Positions 1-14,639 of a stretch of 64,000 nt of DNA are shown in pieces. Where the stretch lies: sequence record SRR31156797_2530, one strand, 5' to 3'. Both the position numbers and the translations under genes were made by a program. Position 1 is the stretch's first letter; every line of letters starts with the position of its first letter. Under the pieces are notes generated by a model, which had not been told where the DNA came from, did not search any database, and saw only the letters and a program-made list of their open reading frames with translations.

Positions 1-31
1 CGAACGAAACTGACTAAAGTCATTAATAAAG

Positions 32-66
32 AAACGAAGCGAGCAAGTCGCTCCCTTCGTTTTTTT
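32..66 (+). terminator. Intrinsic terminator of a gene upstream of the window
   Basis: AAACGAAG...CTTCGTTT stem followed by a T run. Confidence 0.6.
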
Positions 67-189
67 GCTTTTTAAAAGTAAAAATTGGGGATTTAGGCTA
101 TTCTACGGAGCGTAGAGTGCCAAATTTGCCCAATTTTAGCGAAAATCTCCTTAATATTTGTTAAACTTGTAACAAGGAGGTGTGGTCGA

Positions 190-1071
190 ATGCATGAAAC
201 ATTAAGTAAAAAATTAAAAGAGTATCGATCAAGACATAACTTAACCCAGAAGGAATTAGCTGCGAGGTTATTTGTTTCTGATAAGGCCATTTCAAAATGG
301 GAACGAGGAAATGGGTTGCCAGACATCGAGACATTGGTTCGTCTCGCCGATTTATTAGGCACTCCAGTGGAAGAGCTATTAAAAGAAAAGAAAGAAACCT
401 ACTATTATGAATACAAAAGTGAACGGAGGGTTCTACGGCTTCCGTTAATGCACATTTTGATTCCCAATTTATTCTTATTACTGAATCAAGTGACGAGCGT
501 TCGAGAGTTTTTTGTTCTGATGAAAGAGGTACCCACTGCGTCTGGCTGGTTCTGTCTTGGCGTTAAAGCCAAAGGGGTCATTGCTATGGGGCTTATCAGT
601 TTGGGACTGCTATCGATCGGTGTTATGTCCTTTGGCGCGTTGGCAATCGGGATCATCAGCATCGGCGCGTTCGCTTTTGGTCATTTCTGTTTTGCCTTGC
701 TCGTTGGTATAGGAAATATCGCCGTTGGATCGGTTGTTGTTGGAAATGTTGGTATCGGATTACTTGCATTAGGAAATGTTGCTGTTGCATGGATTGGAGT
801 TGCAAATTATGGTGTAGGGAGTTTTATGGCTGTTTTGCCATCGAGTGCAACGGCAAAGGATTTCAATCATGCGATTCAGCAACTGCTAGCGACAGACATC
901 CCGGATTTGATCAAAACCACTTTTTTTGAACCAATGATTCGCTTTACTCAATCCCCAATCGTGGTAGCTGGCTTTGTGGTCACGATCCTAGCAGGCGTCG
1001 TTTTCATTCTTTGTCTGGTGATTATCGGCTTGATTCGCTTACGGCAAAGTGTTTTATATGAAGAGTTGTAA
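190..1071 (+). CDS. XRE-family HTH transcriptional regulator fused to a Gly-repeat membrane domain
   Basis: N-terminal LTQKELAARLFVSDKAISKWERG HTH; long hydrophobic Gly-periodic C-terminal region; RBS AAGGAGG. Confidence 0.85.
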   Translation: MHETLSKKLKEYRSRHNLTQKELAARLFVSDKAISKWERGNGLPDIETLVRLADLLGTPVEELLKEKKETYYYEYKSERRVLRLPLMHILIPNLFLLLNQVTSVREFFVLMKEVPTASGWFCLGVKAKGVIAMGLISLGLLSIGVMSFGALAIGIISIGAFAFGHFCFALLVGIGNIAVGSVVVGNVGIGLLALGNVAVAWIGVANYGVGSFMAVLPSSATAKDFNHAIQQLLATDIPDLIKTTFFEPMIRFTQSPIVVAGFVVTILAGVVFILCLVIIGLIRLRQSVLYEEL

Positions 1072-1144
1072 TGTGAGAAGGAGGATCAGATTCTAATTCT
1101 CCCAGATAAGTTGATTTGGTCGCTCATTTCTTAGCTAAAAAGGT

Positions 1145-1181
1145 AAAAAAGGCAAGGACCTCACAGTCTTGTGCCTTTTTT
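1145..1181. terminator. Bidirectional terminator between convergent genes
   Basis: AAAAAAGGCA...TGCCTTTTTT. Confidence 0.7.
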
Positions 1182-1182
1182 G

Positions 1183-1362
1183 TTAGTCTGCTTTTTTTAT
1201 ATTATTTGCTTTTTTTTGCTCTTTTTCATCATCAGGTTCGTTTTTTAAGAAACGCTCAATGTCCTTTTCCTGCTTTTTATTGTCTTTGTCGTTATCGGGA
1301 AGAAAGGCAAAATCATCAAACATTTTATCTAGCGAGTCTTCTCGTTGGAATTTTAAGCCCAT
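1183..1362 (-). CDS. Small charged protein (SPJ_0845-like)
   Basis: GGAGGTG RBS before ATG at 1362; MGLKFQREDSLDKMFDDFA resembles the SPJ_0845 family from memory. Confidence 0.65.
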   Translation of the reverse strand: MGLKFQREDSLDKMFDDFAFLPDNDKDNKKQEKDIERFLKNEPDDEKEQKKANNIKKAD

Positions 1363-1492
1363 AAGGTTCACCTCCAAGCGCCTTTAGTTTACCACGAACG
1401 GTCGTAGATTTCACCAAAAAAAAGCGAAATAGTGTTCAATCGTTTCTCCCTTTACTATAATTAAAGAAAGGGGATAGAAAAGAGGGATAGCG

Positions 1493-2824
1493 ATGATCAA
1501 AACTGAAAAAATTTACGGCTTTCTACAATCGACACAAATGGAAGCATCACAGTTGCGTTTGTTGATTGAAAATTGGTTCGCTTTGGTTCGTCTTAGCTAT
1601 CAGCCGACGGAATACTATTACAATCAGCAAGAAAAGAAACCTTATGATTTTGATGAGGTCAGTCAACTGCTGCATAGCGCCCCTGAAGAAATCAATACTG
1701 AATTGATTGTGACGGACGGCCAAAATGAGTCCAGTATCCATATCATTCAAGAGGCTGTTTTACAACGGCACCTGTTTACGAAAGACGTATTCTCCACACA
1801 GAAAACAGTGATTTTAAGTTACTTCGATGAAACGATGCAAAGAGATGGAATGTTTGGCTATTTGCGTTCATATGATGAGTACCTGATGCATAACGTCGAG
1901 CGAATCGAGAAAAGACAAAATTTTCAATCGATTGCTGAAATCAACGCGTTACCGAAGCGGAAAAATTTTGAACAAGAGATCGTTATTGATTGCAATCAAT
2001 TTGCTGGGTACGATGTTTTTTACAATGGCTACACACTGACCTCTTGTTGGCGAATGTACTTTTCGGTATTCTATGCTCGTATTATTCCTCAGGTGATCAT
2101 TACGGATGCGCAACAAGTCGAGCAGGTCCAAGTTAGAGATCAGGGAATCGTGATGGTGGAATTGTATCGCGATCCGTTTCAGTGGGATCACGAGTTGAAT
2201 CTTTCATACCAGCGTTTGTTTCGCGATCAAACTGGGATCGATCAATTGACATGGGATAATGGCGTCGGTATTTTGAGGGAACCATATATTGAGTACGCCT
2301 TTGGCGACCAATTGATCCAAACCATCCAGTACCAAAATGATCGGCTGCAGCCGACGACTAAGCGTAACGCGACACATTTCGTCACTCGAAGCTTCGATTT
2401 GGTGAACGAAGAGTACCAGGAGCGACGGGTGAAAGGTTACTTGAATGCACAAGCGTATTTTCCTTGGATCGACCAAGATCGGTTGCGCATGATGGATTAT
2501 ATTGTATTAAAACCGGAATTGACTGTAGATGATGGGGTCGAGGCATATGCCTTTTATATTCGGAATCACCTCGAAATTGATTACTCAGAGGATCGCTTTA
2601 AAGACTACACAGCTTGCTTACAATTTTATTTACCAGAAACAGCCTTGAAGGAGCTGCCGATAGACGGATTGAAAGCAGCGATGCCGGATGTTCATTTTGG
2701 CTATTTGCACCGCACGCGCAAATATACGTGGGTTAACCTAAAGAAGGATGGGAAAAAACTACGAGTGTATTTTATGAATACCCAAAAGCTATTCGAACAG
2801 CAGCTCTTTACCAATCAAGAATGA
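1493..2824 (+). CDS. Hypothetical protein, 443 aa; N-terminal half possibly immunity-like
   Basis: Long ORF with GAGGG RBS and TATAAT upstream; ends at a terminator. Confidence 0.8.
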   Translation: MIKTEKIYGFLQSTQMEASQLRLLIENWFALVRLSYQPTEYYYNQQEKKPYDFDEVSQLLHSAPEEINTELIVTDGQNESSIHIIQEAVLQRHLFTKDVFSTQKTVILSYFDETMQRDGMFGYLRSYDEYLMHNVERIEKRQNFQSIAEINALPKRKNFEQEIVIDCNQFAGYDVFYNGYTLTSCWRMYFSVFYARIIPQVIITDAQQVEQVQVRDQGIVMVELYRDPFQWDHELNLSYQRLFRDQTGIDQLTWDNGVGILREPYIEYAFGDQLIQTIQYQNDRLQPTTKRNATHFVTRSFDLVNEEYQERRVKGYLNAQAYFPWIDQDRLRMMDYIVLKPELTVDDGVEAYAFYIRNHLEIDYSEDRFKDYTACLQFYLPETALKELPIDGLKAAMPDVHFGYLHRTRKYTWVNLKKDGKKLRVYFMNTQKLFEQQLFTNQE

Positions 2825-2864
2825 AAAAGACCCGCAAGATCACGAGGATCTTGCGGGTCTTTTC
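2825..2864. terminator. Bidirectional terminator
   Basis: AAAAGACCCGCAAGATC / GATCTTGCGGGTCTTTT inverted repeat between convergent genes. Confidence 0.85.
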
Positions 2865-2866
2865 AA

Positions 2867-4792
2867 TTAGGCAGCTTGTTCAGGCGCTTTTTTCAACAAA
2901 CCGAATACAACGCCAGAAACGATCGCACCGATTAAGATGAATAGCAAGAACAAAATTGGTTTAGATAATAATAGAACAACGAAGATCCCACCATGTGGTG
3001 CCATTAATTGGATATCAAAGGCACCGACAAGCGCACCAGTCAGTGCAGAACCAACGATAAAGCTTGGGATCGCCCGCAATGGATCTGCTGCTGCAAATGG
3101 GATCGCACCTTCTGTGACGAAGGATAGCCCCATGACGATGTTTGTTAAACCAGCTTCTTTTTGGTCTTTGGTGAATTTATTTTTAAACAATAACGTTGCG
3201 ACAAAGATTGCCAATGGAGGAACCATTCCGCCCGCCATTACAGATGCCATCACGACGCTACCACCTTCAGCAACGGTCGTTGCCAATGTTGCAGTACCGA
3301 AAACATAAGCGGCTTTGTTGATTGGGCCACCTAGATCGGCTGCCATCATTGCTGCTAACAAAGCACCAAGTAAAGCGGCGTTGGTACCACTTAAGCCAGT
3401 CAAGAAGCTATTCAAACCGTCATTGATGGCTTTCATTGGCACGTTGATCAGTAACATCAAGAAGCCAGTGATCAATAGGCCGAAAACAGGGTAGAAGAGG
3501 ATCGTTTTGATTCCTTCTAATGATTTTGGTAAACCTTTGAATAATGAACGCAAGAACTTGATGACATAACCAGCTAAGAAACCGCCAATCAATGCTCCTA
3601 AGAATCCAGCACCACCCGTATTTGCTAGGGCACCTGCTGCGAAACCGACGATCAATCCAGGTCGGTCACTGATACTTGAAGCGATGAAACCAGCTAAGAC
3701 AGGTAGCATAAAACCAAATGCCGCGCTACCGATTTGGTTGAACCAAGAAGCGGCTTGGTTGTAGTTTCCTAATTGACTCAAGGCATCTTGAGGGACACCC
3801 ATGAACTGGTCCACCATGAAGGAAATAGCGATCATGATTCCACCGGCAATAACAAATGGTAACATGTGAGAAACACCATTCATCAAATCTTTATAGATTC
3901 GTTGACCGACTGAACCATCAGCAGAAGCGTCCTCTTTATCAGAAGCTTGGCCACTACCGTGAAAAACAGGAGCAGTTCCGCTCAATGCTTCATTGATTAA
4001 TTGCTCGGTTTTACGGATACCATCGCTCACAGGACGGTTTACTAAATGTTTGCCGTCAAAGCGATCCATTTCAACTTTTTTATCGGCAGCTACGATCACA
4101 CCAGCAGCTCGGGCGATATCAGCTTCTGTTAAACGATTTTTGATTCCTTCTGAACCATTTGTTTCGACTTTGATGTCAACACCAAGTTCTTTGGCTTTCT
4201 TTTTCAAAGCATCTTCTGCCATGTAGGTGTGGGCGATCCCTGTCGGGCAAGCTGTAACTGCGACGATATAGGGACGTTCGCTAGCAGGTGCTGCTTCTTG
4301 GTTTGCCGCTTCTTCTGCTAAAGCATCGGCTTCTTGCTGTGCCTCAGCTTCTGAGAAAAGTTGTTGTACTTGATCAGCAGTTGTCGCTGTTTTTAGTTTA
4401 GCAACGAAATCTGGATCGATCAATAAGCGAGATAGAGCTGCTAACGCTTGTAAATGAGTATCATTTGCTCCTTCTGGTGCTGCGATCATAAAGAAGAGGT
4501 ACGTTGGTTGTCCATCTAACGCCTCATAGTCGACACCCGCATTACTCTTTGTGAATAAAACCGTCGCTTCTTTGACTGCACTGTTTTTGGCATGGGGCAT
4601 TGCGATGCCGTCACCTAACCCTGTTGAGGTTTGGGCTTCTCGGGCAAGAATTCCTTCTTTGTAGATTTCGACATCTGAAATCCGTCCGACAGCATATAAT
4701 TTTGCTACCATTTCATCAATGGCACCTTTTTTGTCTGTTGCTTGCAAGTCCATGATCATGGCATCTTTCAGCATCAACTCATTGATTTTCAT
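2867..4792 (-). CDS. fruA: PTS fructose-specific EIIABC
   Basis: EIIA GIAMPH, EIIB TACPTGIAHTYMA, EIIC DLGGPINK; start moved to the RBS-spaced ATG. Confidence 0.95.
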   Translation of the reverse strand: MKINELMLKDAMIMDLQATDKKGAIDEMVAKLYAVGRISDVEIYKEGILAREAQTSTGLGDGIAMPHAKNSAVKEATVLFTKSNAGVDYEALDGQPTYLFFMIAAPEGANDTHLQALAALSRLLIDPDFVAKLKTATTADQVQQLFSEAEAQQEADALAEEAANQEAAPASERPYIVAVTACPTGIAHTYMAEDALKKKAKELGVDIKVETNGSEGIKNRLTEADIARAAGVIVAADKKVEMDRFDGKHLVNRPVSDGIRKTEQLINEALSGTAPVFHGSGQASDKEDASADGSVGQRIYKDLMNGVSHMLPFVIAGGIMIAISFMVDQFMGVPQDALSQLGNYNQAASWFNQIGSAAFGFMLPVLAGFIASSISDRPGLIVGFAAGALANTGGAGFLGALIGGFLAGYVIKFLRSLFKGLPKSLEGIKTILFYPVFGLLITGFLMLLINVPMKAINDGLNSFLTGLSGTNAALLGALLAAMMAADLGGPINKAAYVFGTATLATTVAEGGSVVMASVMAGGMVPPLAIFVATLLFKNKFTKDQKEAGLTNIVMGLSFVTEGAIPFAAADPLRAIPSFIVGSALTGALVGAFDIQLMAPHGGIFVVLLLSKPILFLLFILIGAIVSGVVFGLLKKAPEQAA

Positions 4793-4805
4793 TTTTTCCA
4801 TCCTC

Positions 4806-5723
4806 CTATAGATTCACTTGTTCAATAATGACTTCCGGTAGTAATTCTTCGATAAATGACGCCTCAGCTAAATCATCTGAGAACGCAGTGGCACTGCCAC
4901 AAGCGACCCCCCATTTGAATGCTTCAACCACATCTTTGGTCTTTGCGTAACGCCCAATGAATCCAGCAATCATGGAATCTCCAGCGCCAACTGAATTTTT
5001 CAAAGGTCGTTTCAACACATTGGAGCGATAGATCTCATTGCCAGTAAAGAGCAGGGCACCATCACCACCTAGAGAGACGATGACATTTTTAGCGCCATCC
5101 TTTAGCATTCTTTGGCCATAAGGCAAAATATCTTCGATTGTTGAAAAAGAAGTTTCATAAAGTTCCGCTAATTCATGATTATTTGGTTTGATCAGCAAAG
5201 GCTGATCGGATAAGGCATCAAATAGTTCCGCACCAGTCGTATCAATGACAAATTCTGCACCAGCTTCTTTAACGATTTTGATCAATTCTTTATAAAAGTC
5301 GGCTGGAAGACCAGCTGGTTTACTTCCTGATAGGATGACGATGTCTTCGGCAGAAAGAGCGGCTAATTGGTGTTTCAATTCAGCGATTTCTTGCTCTTGA
5401 ATGACTGGACCAAGGCCGTTGATTTCTGTTTCTTCGCCGGATTTTAATTTGATATTGATCCGGGTATCGGCAGCGACTTGCGTAAAATTGCTGTTGATTT
5501 CCTCTTTGGTCAGCCACTCTTCAATAAAACGACCAGTAAATCCGCCAACAAAACCAAGGGCAGTCGAGGAGATGCCAATTCGCTTCAAAATACGTGAGAC
5601 ATTGATTCCTTTGCCACCAGGTAGTTTAAAGTCTTGTTTCATTCGATTAAGGGCACCGATCTCCAAATGATCGACGTGGACGATAAAGTCGATCGATGGA
5701 TTGAGTGTTACTGTGTAAATCAT
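4806..5723 (-). CDS. fruK: 1-phosphofructokinase
   Basis: MIYTVTLNPSID, PGGKGINVS, NSVGAGDS PfkB motifs; ATGA overlap with fruR. Confidence 0.95.
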   Translation of the reverse strand: MIYTVTLNPSIDFIVHVDHLEIGALNRMKQDFKLPGGKGINVSRILKRIGISSTALGFVGGFTGRFIEEWLTKEEINSNFTQVAADTRINIKLKSGEETEINGLGPVIQEQEIAELKHQLAALSAEDIVILSGSKPAGLPADFYKELIKIVKEAGAEFVIDTTGAELFDALSDQPLLIKPNNHELAELYETSFSTIEDILPYGQRMLKDGAKNVIVSLGGDGALLFTGNEIYRSNVLKRPLKNSVGAGDSMIAGFIGRYAKTKDVVEAFKWGVACGSATAFSDDLAEASFIEELLPEVIIEQVNL

Positions 5724-6475
5724 TGTATTACCTCCATAATGGTTGTTTTTGCTCTGAATTTCGCTAAATAGTTTTTTGGGCAATAATCGGTGATGATCGT
5801 TGCACCTTCAATAAAAGCAACTTGAGCAAAAGTTGTTTGCTGAAACTTGGAATGGTCTAGCAAGACATAGGCTTGTTGACTGTGCTCTAGTGCAATCTGC
5901 TTGATCAGGGCTTCTTCAGGATCGGGTGTGGTGAAACCAGCTTCCGAATGAGCACCGTTCATGCCCATAAAACAGCGGTTAAAGCGCAATTTACGCAACT
6001 GTTCACCGGCATTGATCCCTAACACAGCGTTCGTAGCTATCTTAATGGGTCCCCCTAAAATCATGGTGTCGATCCCGTGATCAATCAGTAGGGAAGCGTG
6101 CTTGACGGAGTTCGTGACAACTTTCAGCGCTGTGATGGTCGATAAGAAAGGAATCATTTCAAGGGTCGTTGTTCCTGCGTCTAGATAAATGACTTCACCA
6201 TTTTTGATCGTTTGTGCGGCTGCGCGAGCAATTTTTTGTTTTTCTGTTTGAAATTTCGCTTTTTTTTCAGACATGTTGGGTTCAAAACCTAATTGCTGGC
6301 TTTTTTTGGCCCCGCCGTGAATTCTAACTAGAAACCCTTTATCTTCCAGTTCTTGGAGATCTCTGCGGATTGTTGACTCTGAAGCATCCAGCAGTTGGAT
6401 CAGTTCACTGACTTTGACGATCTCCTCTTGCTCTAATCGTGCCAAAATCGCTTGATGCCGCTCCTCTGTAAGCAT
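5720..6475 (-). CDS. fruR: DeoR-family fructose operon repressor
   Basis: SESTIRRDL HTH, YLDAGTTT; first gene of the fruRKA order. Confidence 0.93.
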   Translation of the reverse strand: MLTEERHQAILARLEQEEIVKVSELIQLLDASESTIRRDLQELEDKGFLVRIHGGAKKSQQLGFEPNMSEKKAKFQTEKQKIARAAAQTIKNGEVIYLDAGTTTLEMIPFLSTITALKVVTNSVKHASLLIDHGIDTMILGGPIKIATNAVLGINAGEQLRKLRFNRCFMGMNGAHSEAGFTTPDPEEALIKQIALEHSQQAYVLLDHSKFQQTTFAQVAFIEGATIITDYCPKNYLAKFRAKTTIMEVIQ

Positions 6476-6497
6476 TTACATCACCTCTTCACCTGCC

Positions 6498-6566
6498 ATA
6501 GTAACATATGATTCATTCAAAATCAATCATAAACAGTAAAAAACATTCAAAATGAAAGCGCGAATA
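6498..6566 (-). promoter_or_regulatory. fruR promoter with four tandem FruR-type 10-mers and a cre-like site
   Basis: Minus strand TTGATT-17-TACTAT with TG extension; repeats TGAATGTTTT/TTACTGTTTA/TGATTGATTT/TGAATGAATC (6510-6549); cre-like TGAAAGCGCGAATA (6553-6566, + strand). Confidence 0.8.
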
Positions 6567-6680
6567 ATAGAAATCGATCACAAACGGTCATGCTAACCTT
6601 CATTTTCCTGAGATTGCTGTCCTTATATTTGACAATTTTTACTATTATTTGGCTTAATTGAATTAAGGGGGGATAAATAA

Positions 6681-8147
6681 ATGAATAACAAAGTCATTTT
6701 ACAAGGGTTCGAATGGGACCTGCCGGCAGATAGCCAACACTGGAACAAATTGAAAGAAATGAGTAAAGAAATCAAAGAGTATGGATTTACCGCAATTTGG
6801 CTGCCGCCTGCCTATAAAGGGACAGCTGGGTCCGAAGACGTTGGGTATGGTGTCTATGATTATTATGATCTAGGCGAATTCGATCAAAAGGGGTCGGTGC
6901 CAACAAAATATGGGACAAAGGATGAATACTTAGAAGCCATCAAAGCACTGCAAGAACAAGGAGTTGAGGTTTATGCCGATATCGTCTTTAATCACTTGAT
7001 CGGCGCCGATGAAAAAGAAGTCGTTCCGGCGGTTAAATACAATACCGAAAACCGCAATGAACCGATCAGTGATGAAGAAGAGATCGAAGCTTGGACTAAA
7101 TTCACTTTCCCAGGACGTAAAGGAACTTACAATGACTATGTCTGGACCTGGCATAATTTTTCTGGTGTCGATTATGATGATCGCAATAAAGACCACGGGA
7201 TTTTTAACTTCGCTGATAAGGGCTGGGAAAACCAAGTGGATGATGAAATGGGTAATTACGACTATTTAATGGGTTGTGATCTGGACATGGAAAATCCTGA
7301 AACGGTGGAACAGCTCAATAAATGGGGGCAATGGTACCAAGAGTTGACCGGTGTTGATGGCTATCGCTTAGATGCGGTGAAACACATTGAGTTCAACTAT
7401 TACGCAGATTGGATCTTGAGTCGTCGGGAAGAAAAAGGCAAACCACTATTTGTTGTCGGAGAATATTGGTCAGGGGATCTGCCAAAATTAGAAGAGTATT
7501 TAGATTCTTCAGGAAATCTGATTTATTTATTCGATGTGCCTTTGCACTATAATTTATATGAAGCATCTCACTCGAATGGCGAATATGATATGAGTCAAAT
7601 TTTTGCCGGTACACTGACTGCCGCGCGCGAAGATTATGCCGTGACTTTTGTAGACAATCATGATACGCAAGTCGGACAAAGTTTACAATCTTGGATAGAC
7701 GGATGGTTCAAAGTCCATGCCTATTCATTGATCCTTTTACGTAAAGCTGGCGTACCAGTAGTTTTCTGGGGGGATTTATTTGGGATTCCCGCGCAAGAAA
7801 TCGCCCCTGTCGGGGATGCGCTGGTCCATATGCTGAAACTTCGGGAGAAGCTTGCATTCGGGAATCAAGTCGATTATTTCGATGATCCTAATTGCATTGG
7901 CTGGGTATTAACTGGCGATTATGAACATGAGCTTTCTGGATTAGCGGTCGTGATGACCAATGCCCAAGGAGCGGAAAAAGAAATGACTATCAGTGCGATC
8001 CATGGTGGAGAGACATTCGTGGATATATTGAGAAATAATGAAGCGAAAGTTGTTTTAGATGATACCGGAAAAGGTGTTTTCCCGGTCAATGATGGGCAAG
8101 TCTCGATTTATGTAAATGAAAAACTAGTAGAGAAGTACTTTAGTTAA
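6681..8147 (+). CDS. Cytoplasmic alpha-amylase (GH13)
   Basis: GYRLDAVKH, VGEYW and FVDNHDT catalytic motifs; no signal peptide. Confidence 0.93.
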   Translation: MNNKVILQGFEWDLPADSQHWNKLKEMSKEIKEYGFTAIWLPPAYKGTAGSEDVGYGVYDYYDLGEFDQKGSVPTKYGTKDEYLEAIKALQEQGVEVYADIVFNHLIGADEKEVVPAVKYNTENRNEPISDEEEIEAWTKFTFPGRKGTYNDYVWTWHNFSGVDYDDRNKDHGIFNFADKGWENQVDDEMGNYDYLMGCDLDMENPETVEQLNKWGQWYQELTGVDGYRLDAVKHIEFNYYADWILSRREEKGKPLFVVGEYWSGDLPKLEEYLDSSGNLIYLFDVPLHYNLYEASHSNGEYDMSQIFAGTLTAAREDYAVTFVDNHDTQVGQSLQSWIDGWFKVHAYSLILLRKAGVPVVFWGDLFGIPAQEIAPVGDALVHMLKLREKLAFGNQVDYFDDPNCIGWVLTGDYEHELSGLAVVMTNAQGAEKEMTISAIHGGETFVDILRNNEAKVVLDDTGKGVFPVNDGQVSIYVNEKLVEKYFS

Positions 8148-8165
8148 CCAAAATCTTTAAACGAA

Positions 8166-8196
8166 TAAAAAGGCTGGTAGGTTTACAGCCTTTTTA
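8166..8196 (+). terminator. Terminator after the amylase
   Basis: TAAAAAGGCTG / CAGCCTTTTTA. Confidence 0.75.
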
Positions 8197-8358
8197 TTAT
8201 GTAAACAAACCAAGCCTGCTTTCTCTTGAAAAATCGCATGAATCGTAAGGGGAAAAATCAAAGCGCTTTTAATTAAAAGTTTTCAAAGCGTTCGGTTTTC
8301 CCCTTTCCCGGATAATGCTATAATTGAGAAGATTGAGAAAGAAAGGATGTTTAAAATC

Positions 8359-12646
<4,288 letters not shown>

Positions 12647-12861
12647 CTGTTAAGTATTGTCACAGACGAGAAGCAGTTGTTTCTTCTTGTCTAATTGAAA
12701 TCATTTCTTCCCTGCAATACGAGGAAAGAAATGATTTCTGCTTTTATTTGCAATTATATTTGATAATTTTCAAATTCTATTTCATGATTTGTTAAAAAAA
12801 TGATACAATACATTGGAAAAACGTAAACGTAGATTACGGATACGAGAAAGAGGAGGATTTT

Positions 12862-13167
12862 ATGGCGATCAGCGAAGAACAAGTCAAACACGTTGCCAAA
12901 CTAGCAAAACTTTCATTCTCAGACGATGAATTACATGAGTTTACCTCTCAGCTAGGAAAAATTATTGATATGGTTGAAACACTTGAAGAAGTGGACACCA
13001 CAGGAGTACCATTCACATCGAATGTCGCAGAAACGATCAATGTGATGCGTGAAGATGTAACGACCGGTGGCTGGGACCGTGATGAATTAATGAAAAATGT
13101 TCCAGAATCTGAAGAAGGCTTTATTAAAGTGCCTGCAATCATTGACAATGGGGAGGCGGGTGCCTAA
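12862..13167 (+). CDS. gatC: Asp/Glu-tRNA amidotransferase subunit C
   Basis: [10 protein letters not shown]...FIKVPAI; precedes gatA. Confidence 0.95.
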   Translation: MAISEEQVKHVAKLAKLSFSDDELHEFTSQLGKIIDMVETLEEVDTTGVPFTSNVAETINVMREDVTTGGWDRDELMKNVPESEEGFIKVPAIIDNGEAGA

Positions 13168-14639
13168 TGACTGAACTATATAATAAAAGCTTAGAAGAAT
13201 TGCATAGCTTATTAGTATCAAAAGAAATCACTGCGACAGATCTAACGAGCGAAACCTTTGCTCGCATTAAAGAAACAGAGCCAAAAGTTGATGCGTTTCT
13301 TGCATTGAACGAAGAAAAAGCCCATGCGTTAGCGCAAGCTATCGATCAAAAAGGTATCACTGAAAGCAATGTGTTGGCAGGGATTCCCATTGGGATCAAA
13401 GATAACATTGTTACCAAAGATCTACGCACAACAGCTGCTTCTAAAATTTTAGGCAACTTTGACCCAATCTACGATGCAACCGTCATGGACAAAGTTTACC
13501 AAGCAGACATGATTCCAGTAGGTAAGTTAAACATGGATGAATTTGCGATGGGGGCGAGTACGGAAACGTCGTTCTTTAAGAAAACAAAAAACGCTTGGGA
13601 CGAGACAAAAGTACCTGGTGGTTCATCAGGTGGCTCGGCGGCTGCCGTTGCAGCGGGACAAATCCCCTTATCATTAGGTAGCGATACGGGTGGTTCGATT
13701 CGCCAACCAGCAGCTTTCAATGGAATCGTCGGGTTGAAGCCAACATACGGACGGGTTTCTCGTTTTGGTTTGATCGCGTTTGCATCTTCGTTAGATCAAA
13801 TTGGTCCAATGACCCGTGGTGTGAAAGACAATGCCATCGCATTAAATGCCATCAGTGGGTTTGATGCAAAAGATAGTACGTCAGCCGGGGCAGCTGTTCC
13901 TGATTTTACAGCAGGTCTGACTGGTGATATCAAAGGCATGAAAGTTGCTTTGCCAAAAGAATACTTAGGCGAAGGAATTCAAGCGGGCGTCCGAGAAGCG
14001 ATCTTAAAAGCTGCAGACACTTTCCGTGCGTTAGGAGCGACCGTGGAAGAAGTCAGCTTGCCACATTCAAAGTATGGGGTAGCTGTTTACTATATCATCG
14101 CTTCTTCAGAAGCAAGTTCTAATTTGCAACGTTTTGACGGCATCCGTTACGGTTTCCGTTCAGAAAATGTCAGCAATTTAGAAGATGTCTATGTTAATTC
14201 GCGCAGTGAAGGATTCGGGGAAGAAGTAAAACGTCGGATCATGTTAGGTACGTTTTCACTAAGTGCTGGCTACTACGATGCCTACTTCAAAAAAGCCGGT
14301 CAAGTACGAACGTTGATCAAACAAGATTTCGATAAGGTCTTCAGCCAATACGACTTGATCATTGGCCCAGCTTCCCCAACGGTAGCATTTGGTATTGGAG
14401 AAAATATCAATGATCCGATCACTATGTACTTGAATGATATTTTAACCATTCCTGTGAACTTAGCAGGACTGCCAGGGATGTCGATTCCAGCAGGTTTTTC
14501 TGAAGGACTGCCTGTCGGCTTGCAGATCATTGGGAAACATTTTGATGAAGCAACCATGTATAAAGCGGCTTATGCCTTTGAACAAGCAACTGATTTCCAC
14601 ACGAAAAAACCAGTGATTTTAGGAGGGGATAAGGCATGA
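13167..14639 (+). CDS. gatA: Asp/Glu-tRNA amidotransferase subunit A
   Basis: Amidase signature [23 protein letters not shown]. Confidence 0.97.
   Translation: MTELYNKSLEELHSLLVSKEITATDLTSETFARIKETEPKVDAFLALNEEKAHALAQAIDQKGITESNVLAGIPIGIKDNIVTKDLRTTAASKILGNFDPIYDATVMDKVYQADMIPVGKLNMDEFAMGASTETSFFKKTKNAWDETKVPGGSSGGSAAAVAAGQIPLSLGSDTGGSIRQPAAFNGIVGLKPTYGRVSRFGLIAFASSLDQIGPMTRGVKDNAIALNAISGFDAKDSTSAGAAVPDFTAGLTGDIKGMKVALPKEYLGEGIQAGVREAILKAADTFRALGATVEEVSLPHSKYGVAVYYIIASSEASSNLQRFDGIRYGFRSENVSNLEDVYVNSRSEGFGEEVKRRIMLGTFSLSAGYYDAYFKKAGQVRTLIKQDFDKVFSQYDLIIGPASPTVAFGIGENINDPITMYLNDILTIPVNLAGLPGMSIPAGFSEGLPVGLQIIGKHFDEATMYKAAYAFEQATDFHTKKPVILGGDKA

Noticed and set aside
1425-1438. LexA-box-like CGAAATAGTGTTCA between divergent genes
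   Set aside because: Two mismatches to CGAAC-N4-GTTCG, one in the core; expected by chance in AT-rich DNA
12661-12860. Two hairpins upstream of gatC as a possible T-box or riboswitch
   Set aside because: No T-box UGGNACC motif; both lie upstream of the likely gatC -10 (TGATACAAT near 12801) and are best read as ligA terminators
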